This document shows positions 10,311-17,657 of a DNA stretch of 48,351 nucleotides, in pieces. The DNA is taken from positions 1 to 48,351 of the forward strand of contig JAQBRJ010000014.1 in NCBI GenBank assembly GCA_028286545.1, in the 5' to 3' direction. The notes under the pieces were generated by a model. The model had not been told where the DNA came from and made no database searches. It saw nothing but the letters and a program-made list of their open reading frames with translations. Source of the DNA: Parcubacteria group bacterium (GTDB taxonomy: Bacteria; Patescibacteriota; Minisyncoccia; Phycocordibacterales; Phycocordibacteraceae). The position numbers and the translations under genes are program-made. Every line of letters begins with the position of its first letter. Position 1 is the stretch's first letter.

Positions 10311-10353
10311 TGTGGGTCGAATATTAGTAGAAGTTATTTTCACTCATTGACCT

Positions 10354-10521
10354 ATGGCAGCAAAAAAGAAGGCTCGCAAGACGGTAAAGAAGGCAGTCAA
10401 AAAGACTGTTAAGAAGACCGTCAAGAAGGCCGCAAAGAAAACTGTAAAGAAGGCAGCTAAGAAGACTGTCAAGAAAGCAGTTAAGAAGACCGCAAAGCGC
10501 AAGACAGCTAAGCGCAAGTAG
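10354..10521 (+). CDS. 55-aa Lys-rich histone H1-like / Hc2-like nucleoid protein
   Basis: Manual translation MAAKKKARKTVKKAVKKTVKKTVKKAAKKTVKKAAKKTVKKAVKKTAKRKTAKRK*; synonymous codons vary between repeat units; strong terminator follows. Below the ORF-track length cutoff. Confidence 0.85.
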   Translation: MAAKKKARKTVKKAVKKTVKKTVKKAAKKTVKKAAKKTVKKAVKKTAKRKTAKRK

Positions 10522-10528
10522 TTCTCTT

Positions 10529-10567
10529 AGAAAAGAGCCGCTCCTAAAGGAGCGGCTCTTTTCTTTT
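10529..10567 (+). terminator. Intrinsic terminator after the histone-like ORF
   Basis: AGAAAAGAGCCGCTCC-TAAA-GGAGCGGCTCTTTTCT followed by T residues. Confidence 0.85.
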
Positions 10568-10638
10568 GCATACCTTATATAGGTATGAGCTGCTTTGGAA
10601 CTGGAAAATAGCCCTCAAAAAGGTATACTACGGCCTAT

Positions 10639-13170
10639 ATGGCTACTTTTCTCGGACGCATGTTTAGTGCAAATCAGTCTGCTTCTTTTGTCCGAAGCGG
10701 CAAAAGCGTTGTAGACGCTGCTCAGGCACTCTCAGGCAAGCTTGAATCGCTCACCCAGCGGGAATTGAAGGATACGCTCGCCGAAGTACGCGAGCGAACA
10801 AACGGTGTGCCAACAGAGGATACTGATATCGCCACCGTATTTGCGCTCGTACGCGAATCTGCTCGCCGCACCCTTAACCAGCGTCACTACGATGTGCAGT
10901 TGCTAGGTGGCCTCGCGCTCGCTAAAGGAAAGATTGCAGAAATGCGCACGGGAGAAGGAAAGACACTCGTTGCAACGCTTCCGGCAACACTTCGTGCACT
11001 CGCAGGCCAAGGCGTGCACCTGGTCACCGTGAACGATTACCTCGCACGCCGCGACGCGGCGTGGATGGGACAAGTCTATGACTACCTCGGCCTTACGGTT
11101 GGTGTTGTAACGTCAGGTGGCGCATTTATGTATGACGCAACGCACGTAACCCCTGAAGACGATGTGGCACAAGACCAAGAAGGTTCATTCCGTGTTATTT
11201 ATGACTTCTTACGTCCAGCCACAAAGCGTGAAGCCTACGCAGCGGACATTACCTACGCTACGAACAACGAGCTGGGCTTCGACTACCTTCGTGACAATAC
11301 GGCATACGATGCCTTACAGATTGTGCAGCGCGGTCACCATTTCGCTATTGTCGATGAGGTCGACTCTATTCTTATCGATGAAGCACGCACTCCGCTTATT
11401 ATTTCAGGCCCATCAGGCGACGCTGAACAACTCTACGAACGCTTTGCTGCAATTGTAACGTCCTTCAACGAAGGCGAAGACTATTCTATAGACGAGAAGC
11501 AACGCGCTATACAGCTTACTGACGAAGGTATCGCAAAGGCTGAGCGCGCGCTCAATATTGAAAACCTCTACACCGAAGGCGGCATGAAGCTCGCGCACCA
11601 TTTGGAGACTGCGGTAAAAGCCAAAGCACTATTTAATAAAGACAAAGAATATGTCGTGAAGGACGGCGAAGTTGTTATCGTCGATGAATTCACAGGCCGT
11701 CTCCAGGCGGGTCGTCGTTGGTCAGAAGGTCTTCACCAGGCTGTTGAAGCAAAGGAAGGCGTGCCAATTCAAAAGGAAACTCGCACGTATGCGTCCGTGA
11801 CGTTCCAGAACTATTTCCGTATGTACGAAGCGCTTGCCGGTATGACCGGTACAGGCCTTTCTTCGGAAGAAGAATTTTATACCGTCTACAAGCTCGACGT
11901 GATCGTAATCCCAACGCATCGCGCTACGGCTCGTATCGATCATAACGATCTTATCTTCCAGACTAACCACGGGAAGTACACAGCGCTCGCACGTGAAGTA
12001 AAGCGATTGCATGAAAAGGGTCAGCCTGTGCTCGTTGGTACGGTCTCTATCGAAGACAATGAAGTGGTGAGTCAGTACCTCACAGACAGTAAGATTCCTC
12101 ATGAAGTATTGAACGCAAAGAATCATGAACGCGAAGGCGAGCTCATCGCACAGGCAGGACGTCTCGGCCGCGTAACGGTTGCAACGAACCTTGCAGGTCG
12201 CGGTGTCGACATTAAACTTGGCGGCGTGCCAGAAAGTAAAGAAGAGCATGAACAGGTTCTTGCTGCAGGCGGTTTGTTTGTGGTTGGTACGGAGCGTCAC
12301 GAAGCACGCCGCATCGATAACCAGTTGCGTGGTCGTTCGGGTCGCCAAGGCGACCCGGGTGAGACGCAGTTCTATGTATCTCTCGAAGACAAGCTCATGC
12401 GTGTCTTTGCCAACGACATGCTTAAACGCGTGATGGGCACCTTTAAGATTGCAGAAGACGAGCCAATTGGCAGCGGCATGATTAGCAAGTCGCTCGAGAC
12501 CGCACAGAAGCGTATTGAAGGCTTTAACTTCGACTCCCGTAAGCAAGTGCTCGCATACGATGACGTACTCAACACGCAGCGTCTTTCTATCTATCGCTCC
12601 CGCATGATTGCGCTTCTTGGTACGGATGAAGAGATCGCAAATCTTGTGCTTGAAATGGCTGGTGAGAATGAAGATGCGAAGGCTGCGTACGACGCAAAGC
12701 TCGCAGAATTTGGTCCGCAGCTATGGACTGGCCTCCTTCGTCGCCTCATTCTCCAGATCACTGACGCCTTCTGGCTCGAGCATTTGGAATACATGGATTA
12801 TCTCCGTCGTAGCGTATCGCTCCGTGCATACGGTCAGCGAGACCCGTTAATTGAATATCGTCGTGAAGGTCTGCACAAATTCCAGGACATGCAGGCTGGT
12901 ATCGCAGCACAAGTGCGCGAGGCGCTACCGCGTCTAGCGCCTGCCGACGAATCTCGCATCCTCGCTGAAGAAGCAAAGACCCGTGCGCAACTCGTACTCA
13001 CTGGCGCTGAAGATGGTTCTGACGCTGCACCCCAGGCACCCATGGTAAAAGAAGGTCCTCAATACGAGCGCAATGATACCGTCACCATCAAGAAGGGAGA
13101 GGAAACTCAAACCCTCAAATACAAGAAAGCTGAGAATCTTCTTGAGCAAGGTTGGACGATCGTGAGTTAG
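10639..13170 (+). CDS. secA: Preprotein translocase subunit SecA
   Basis: EMRTGEGKT, VTVNDYLARRD, DEVDSILIDEARTPLIISG, GRRWSEGLHQAVEAKE, RRIDNQLRGRSGRQGDPG. Confidence 0.97.
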   Translation: MATFLGRMFSANQSASFVRSGKSVVDAAQALSGKLESLTQRELKDTLAEVRERTNGVPTEDTDIATVFALVRESARRTLNQRHYDVQLLGGLALAKGKIAEMRTGEGKTLVATLPATLRALAGQGVHLVTVNDYLARRDAAWMGQVYDYLGLTVGVVTSGGAFMYDATHVTPEDDVAQDQEGSFRVIYDFLRPATKREAYAADITYATNNELGFDYLRDNTAYDALQIVQRGHHFAIVDEVDSILIDEARTPLIISGPSGDAEQLYERFAAIVTSFNEGEDYSIDEKQRAIQLTDEGIAKAERALNIENLYTEGGMKLAHHLETAVKAKALFNKDKEYVVKDGEVVIVDEFTGRLQAGRRWSEGLHQAVEAKEGVPIQKETRTYASVTFQNYFRMYEALAGMTGTGLSSEEEFYTVYKLDVIVIPTHRATARIDHNDLIFQTNHGKYTALAREVKRLHEKGQPVLVGTVSIEDNEVVSQYLTDSKIPHEVLNAKNHEREGELIAQAGRLGRVTVATNLAGRGVDIKLGGVPESKEEHEQVLAAGGLFVVGTERHEARRIDNQLRGRSGRQGDPGETQFYVSLEDKLMRVFANDMLKRVMGTFKIAEDEPIGSGMISKSLETAQKRIEGFNFDSRKQVLAYDDVLNTQRLSIYRSRMIALLGTDEEIANLVLEMAGENEDAKAAYDAKLAEFGPQLWTGLLRRLILQITDAFWLEHLEYMDYLRRSVSLRAYGQRDPLIEYRREGLHKFQDMQAGIAAQVREALPRLAPADESRILAEEAKTRAQLVLTGAEDGSDAAPQAPMVKEGPQYERNDTVTIKKGEETQTLKYKKAENLLEQGWTIVS

Positions 13171-13235
13171 ACAAAGGCATTTTTGTATAGTAGAATGCAT
13201 AGAACGTAGTCATAGCTGACTACTTTTCTATTTTT
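13168..13235 (+). promoter_or_regulatory. obg promoter (TAGACA-N17-TAGAAT) and leader hairpin with U-tract
   Basis: -35 at 13168-13173, -10 at 13191-13196; hairpin GTAGTCA-TAGC-TGACTAC (13206-13223) then TTTTCTATTTTT directly before the ATG. Confidence 0.5.
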
Positions 13236-14237
13236 ATGGCATTCATCGACGAAGTAACTATTCACGCTAAAGCCGGCAAGGGTGGTGATGGCGTCGTGCG
13301 CTGGCTCCACATGAAAGGCCTCGAAAAGGGAGGCCCTGCGGGTGGCGATGGAGGTCGCGGCGGCGACGTCGTGGTTGAAGGTGTTCGCGACCTCGGGGCA
13401 CTTGCTACCTACCAGTTCTCGAAGAAGTTTAATGCTGAGAACGGATTCCCAGGCGAGAACAACAATAAGCATGGTGCAGATGGCAAGAGCGTAACGCTCA
13501 AGGTGCCTGTGGGTACCCTCGTAAAGAACGGCACGACCAAGGAAGTCTTTGAAGTTCTGGAGGAAGGGCAGCGCATTGTGGTCTTTAAGGGTGGTAATGG
13601 CGGTCTCGGTAACCCTTACTTTAAGGGTGCAACCAACCAAAATCCTGAACAATCTACGCCAGGCAAGATAGGTGGTTCAGGCGAGATTCACTTCACGCTC
13701 AAGATTATTGCTGATGTTGGGCTCGTTGGATTCCCGAATGCAGGTAAATCATCTCTCCTAAACTCGCTTACCCGAGCTCGTTCAAAGGTGGGTGCCTATC
13801 CTTTTACTACGCTCGACCCCCATCTCGGTGATTTATACGGTTACCTTATCGCGGACATCCCAGGACTTATCTCGGGAGCCTCGAGTGGCCGAGGTTTGGG
13901 TTCAAAGTTCCTACGCCACATTGAACGTACCGTACTTATTGCACATCTTGTCTCGGCTGAGCAAGAAGACCTCGCCAAAAGCTATGGTGAGATACGAACG
14001 GAGCTAGAATCCTTCGGTAAGGACTTGGCAGGGAAGAGAGAGATTGTCGTGCTTTCAAAAGTAGACCTTCTCACGCCAGAAGAACTAGCCGAGAAAATGG
14101 CACTGCTCAAAGAAGTCAGCGGCAAGCCAGTCTACGCACTTTCCATAATCGATGAGGACCTCCTCAAAGCGTTTTCAGACAACCTGGTCCAGGAGCTTCG
14201 TGCGACCAAAGAGCCTACGATCACCGAGGCAAGCTAA
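13236..14237 (+). CDS. obg: GTPase Obg/CgtA
   Basis: [52 protein letters not shown]. Confidence 0.95.
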   Translation: MAFIDEVTIHAKAGKGGDGVVRWLHMKGLEKGGPAGGDGGRGGDVVVEGVRDLGALATYQFSKKFNAENGFPGENNNKHGADGKSVTLKVPVGTLVKNGTTKEVFEVLEEGQRIVVFKGGNGGLGNPYFKGATNQNPEQSTPGKIGGSGEIHFTLKIIADVGLVGFPNAGKSSLLNSLTRARSKVGAYPFTTLDPHLGDLYGYLIADIPGLISGASSGRGLGSKFLRHIERTVLIAHLVSAEQEDLAKSYGEIRTELESFGKDLAGKREIVVLSKVDLLTPEELAEKMALLKEVSGKPVYALSIIDEDLLKAFSDNLVQELRATKEPTITEAS

Positions 14238-14370
14238 GTTGCCACCACTCGACCCCCAGTTAGTAACAGTTGCGCTATGGCTACCCCATAGCGCACCACA
14301 AGGGCACTTCAAATCCCTAACTCGCAAGGGATTGCTCGCAAGGGATTTTGGTCGCATACTGCTTTAACAC

Positions 14371-15804
14371 ATGACCTATCGCCCAACTATCGGCCTCGAA
14401 GTACACGCAGAATTGGCTACGGAGACCAAGATGTTCTGTCGTTGCAAGAACGATCCCGAAGCTTCAGAGCCGAATACAAACGTCTGCCCAGTCTGCCTCG
14501 CACACCCGGGCACACTTCCTGCTGCAAATCGCGATGCCATCCATCGCGTACTTCGCGTTGGCGCAGCACTCGGTTCCAAACTCGCCGACTACAGCGAGTT
14601 CGATCGTAAGTCATATTTTTACCCGGACATTCCGAAAGGATATCAGATCACCCAGTACGAATATCCATTCGTCGCCGGAGGTGAACTCGCAGGAGTCGCT
14701 ATCACTCGCGTGCACTTGGAAGAAGACACCGCCCGTTCGTCTCACGAAGGTGCCGGTAATACCAGTGAAGTAGATTTCAATCGTGCCGGTGTTCCACTCA
14801 TGGAGCTTGTGACCGAACCGGTCATTCACGATGCAAAGACTGCAGGAAATTTTGCACGTGAACTTCAGCAGCTTTTGCGTACGCTTGGAGCATCGCATGC
14901 AAATCTCGAGAAAGGCGAAATGCGCATCGAGGCAAACATCAGTGTTTCGAAAGATGACACGTTTGGTACAAAAGTTGAAGTGAAAAATTTGAACTCATTC
15001 CGTTCAGTGGAGCGTGCCATCGAGTTTGAAATCGCACGTCAGTCGAAGCTTCTCGATGAGGGAGGGAAGGTGTTGCAGGAGACGTGGGGTTGGGACGAAG
15101 TAAAACAGGAAACCTTCCGTCAGCGCTCAAAGGAGGGTAGTGCAGACTACCGTTATTTCCCCGAGCCAGATCTCCCGAAGATTCTTCGCAGCGACATTCC
15201 TGAATGGAGCGATGAGGCGCTCAAAGCATCATTGCCAGAACTTCCTGCTTCAGTACGCGCACGTTACCTAGCACTTGGCATGAAAGACGACGATGCGATT
15301 TTCGTTGCGTACGACACGACACGGCGTGAATTCTTTGATGGAGTGATTGCGGAACTTGGTGACGATACAAGTACACACACGCTCGCAATAAATTATTTTA
15401 TTTCTGATTTGAGTGGGCTTGCTGCAAATGTAACAACTGACACAGAGAGAAGTACTGCGACATATGGTGGTGTAACGTCAGAATCTTTTGCAGCACTTAT
15501 TCGCATGGTGAAAGAAAATAAACTATCGTCACGTGGCGCAAAAGATGTGCTCGCTCTCATGTTTGAGAAAGGAGGCGACCCTGAAGCGATTGCACAAGCG
15601 GAAGGTCTCATGCAGGTGAGTGATCCAGCAGCACTTGAGGCTGCAGTGCGTGGGGTCATTGAGGCCAACCCAGGCGTCGTAGAGGAGTACAAGGCAGGCA
15701 AGGAGGCGGGTCTTCAGTTCCTTGTTGGGCAGTCCATGAAGGCAACCAAGGGAGCCGGCAACCCAGCACTGTTGAAGGAGCTTCTTTTAAAGGAGTTGGC
15801 GTAG
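14371..15804 (+). CDS. gatB: Asp-tRNA(Asn)/Glu-tRNA(Gln) amidotransferase subunit B
   Basis: IGLEVHAEL, CPVCLAHPGTLP, FDRKSYFYPD, HLEED, DFNRAGVPLMELVTEP, VEVKNLNS, DYRYFPEPDLP. Confidence 0.97.
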   Translation: MTYRPTIGLEVHAELATETKMFCRCKNDPEASEPNTNVCPVCLAHPGTLPAANRDAIHRVLRVGAALGSKLADYSEFDRKSYFYPDIPKGYQITQYEYPFVAGGELAGVAITRVHLEEDTARSSHEGAGNTSEVDFNRAGVPLMELVTEPVIHDAKTAGNFARELQQLLRTLGASHANLEKGEMRIEANISVSKDDTFGTKVEVKNLNSFRSVERAIEFEIARQSKLLDEGGKVLQETWGWDEVKQETFRQRSKEGSADYRYFPEPDLPKILRSDIPEWSDEALKASLPELPASVRARYLALGMKDDDAIFVAYDTTRREFFDGVIAELGDDTSTHTLAINYFISDLSGLAANVTTDTERSTATYGGVTSESFAALIRMVKENKLSSRGAKDVLALMFEKGGDPEAIAQAEGLMQVSDPAALEAAVRGVIEANPGVVEEYKAGKEAGLQFLVGQSMKATKGAGNPALLKELLLKELA

Positions 15805-15824
15805 AGAAAACCGAAAACGTTAGT

Positions 15825-15859
15825 CACAAAAGAGCGACTGAGTCGCTCTTTTGTGTTTT
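15825..15859 (+). terminator. Intrinsic (likely bidirectional) terminator after gatB
   Basis: CACAAAAGAGCGACT-G-AGTCGCTCTTTTGTG, 15-bp arms. Confidence 0.85.
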
Positions 15860-15948
15860 CTATTACCGCAATCGAGGGATACGAAGAGTCGTTTGCAACC
15901 CTGTTGATAGCAGTGTTAGTCGAGACAAGAAACCTATATACTATCTAT

Positions 15949-16926
15949 ATGGATGAAATAACTATTCTCGACAAGACGTACATCTCGTCAAAGCGTGCAG
16001 CAGAAATTACTGGATATGCAAAGGATTACGTAGGGCAGTTGTGCCGCGAAGGGCACGTAGATGCAAAGATGGTCGGTCGTAGTTGGTACGTCTTCGAGCC
16101 CTCCATTCGCAAGCATCGCTTTGGTGAAGAGGCTGTAGTAGAAGAGGTGGCCCAGTCTGAGTCTGAGATACAGGAAGATAGTGCGTCTGTTGAAGCAGAA
16201 ACACCTGTGTGGGAGCCTTCTGTATACAAGTCAGAAGCGGTAGACATGATCCCGGAGCTAGAAACAGTCGCTCAAACCTCTCAAAGCATCTCAGAAGACA
16301 CGCACGCTACTCTTACTGACATGCAATCAGCGTGGCGCGAGTGGTTTGATCGGAAGCAAGAAGCCCGAATCGAAGCTCCTGAGCCTGAGTTATCGCTTCC
16401 AAGTGCGTACGATGATACCGAACTGCTCATTGAGGCACCAAAAGCTTTTGAATATGAGGCAGGCGAAGCATTGGAAGCTGTAAACGAGGACGAATTTTCG
16501 ATACCAATTCATAAAATGCAGACCGCAGAAGAGGATTCATTCCGTGAAGAGGAAGAAAATGATGATTATCAGGCCCCCGAGACGACTCCTGACAGTGATT
16601 ACGAGTCAGAATATGTCGTTCCTATACAACGCATTGCACAAGCACCCGTACAGGCAGTACGTTCAGAGGCATACGTAGCTCCTGAGCGTCCCATGGGAAC
16701 GATACGTAAGGAGAAGATCATTAAGCGCAAAACAAAGCGTACAAAGGCAGGGAAGCGAGGCGCCCGCACCAATGCTCCAATCATTGCCGGCTTAGTGGCG
16801 GTAGCAATGATCTCGCTCGCAATTGCAGCAGTTGGAACAGGATATGTAGAACGATATTTGAGTGGTCACGTTGTAAATAATCCCGTTGTTAATTTTCTCG
16901 TTGGAGACACGGAGTTCAAGCGATAA
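15949..16926 (+). CDS. Excisionase-like (HTH_17/MerR-type) HTH protein with acidic linker and C-terminal TM anchor
   Basis: YISSKRAAEITGYAKDYVGQLCREGHVDAKMVGRSWYV; long Glu/Asp-rich region; basic KRKTKRTK then hydrophobic IIAGLVAVAMISLAIAAV. ATG 15949 has TATACT 6 nt upstream. Confidence 0.8.
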   Translation: MDEITILDKTYISSKRAAEITGYAKDYVGQLCREGHVDAKMVGRSWYVFEPSIRKHRFGEEAVVEEVAQSESEIQEDSASVEAETPVWEPSVYKSEAVDMIPELETVAQTSQSISEDTHATLTDMQSAWREWFDRKQEARIEAPEPELSLPSAYDDTELLIEAPKAFEYEAGEALEAVNEDEFSIPIHKMQTAEEDSFREEEENDDYQAPETTPDSDYESEYVVPIQRIAQAPVQAVRSEAYVAPERPMGTIRKEKIIKRKTKRTKAGKRGARTNAPIIAGLVAVAMISLAIAAVGTGYVERYLSGHVVNNPVVNFLVGDTEFKR

Positions 16927-16941
16927 ATATATAGTAAACAA

Positions 16942-16982
16942 ATAAAAGATTTCTTGTCTCGTTGAAACAAGAAATCTTTTAT
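16942..16982. repeat. 16-bp-arm inverted repeat containing two GA(G/A)ACAAGAAA motifs
   Basis: ATAAAAGATTTCTTGT-CTCGTTGAA-ACAAGAAATCTTTTAT. Confidence 0.8.
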
Positions 16983-16990
16983 ATAGTTAT

Positions 16991-17028
16991 ACAATAACGC
17001 TCGCGGTGCTGCGGGCGTTATTGTTTTA
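16991..17028 (+). terminator. Intrinsic terminator
   Basis: ACAATAACGCTCGCG-GTGC-TGCGGGCGTTATTGT then TTT; G-U pairs favour the plus strand. Confidence 0.65.
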
Positions 17029-17657
17029 TCTAGGTACTAATAAATGCAAATGATTCGCATTTATCGGCTAGACATAATTTCAGATGCTCTCAAGGTAGCC
17101 TACACATTGATAAATAACGACAGAATGGCGATTTTTGTTTATGTTTGCAACAAAGTGGCTCAAAGTATCAGCAAAGTTCATTAAAAGTTGTTGCTAAGAG
17201 GATCTTAACCCACTGAATATTTACTGGTAGAAAATGCACAAAGTAGGAAATAGAAAACCTGTGACCGAATGCGCGAATAATTAAAAATATTTCAGTATCA
17301 CTACTTTGAACGATATAGCTAGTAAATACTAGGCTTTTCGATATGTTTCACGGCAACTATTTGGGCCTGTATCAGCATAAAATTTTCGCGAGCACGATAG
17401 AAATTTCATTTTTAGAGGCCCCAAAGAGCTTTTTCGAGGCGCTACGATGCTCTGTACGCGATCTTTGTGAGCATAGATGCGTCTTTGTTTGCGCACATCC
17501 ATCACAAAAAGTTTGTACTGGTGAAAATTTATTGCTAAGTACGTACGAGAAAAATATTTTAGAAATGCACATGAAAAAATAATACGTTTTATCCCCAAAC
17601 ACTATGCGAGGTATTACGATATAGCTTGGTATTATTTAGGTAATTCGGATATCCGAC

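Noticed and set aside
10144-10353. Replication origin (oriC)
   Set aside because: Only one perfect DnaA box (plus a one-mismatch copy inside the toxin gene), and no dnaA/dnaN nearby.
10354-10521. CRISPR array or simple DNA tandem repeat
   Set aside because: The 12-nt periodicity is explained by a coding tetrapeptide repeat with synonymous variation; no spacers or cas genes.
11722-12546. 274-aa minus-strand ORF
   Set aside because: Antisense shadow of secA.
15853-15948. N-terminal extensions in the ORF track (also at 4008, 5960, 34617, 36145, 42463, 44276)
   Set aside because: They overlap terminators, promoters or neighbouring genes; downstream ATGs, most with a -10 box at 6-11 nt, fit better.
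17329-17602. Three overlapping 76-89 aa ORFs upstream of the giant gene
   Set aside because: Mutually overlapping, AT-rich, no motifs or convincing start signals; treated as non-coding.
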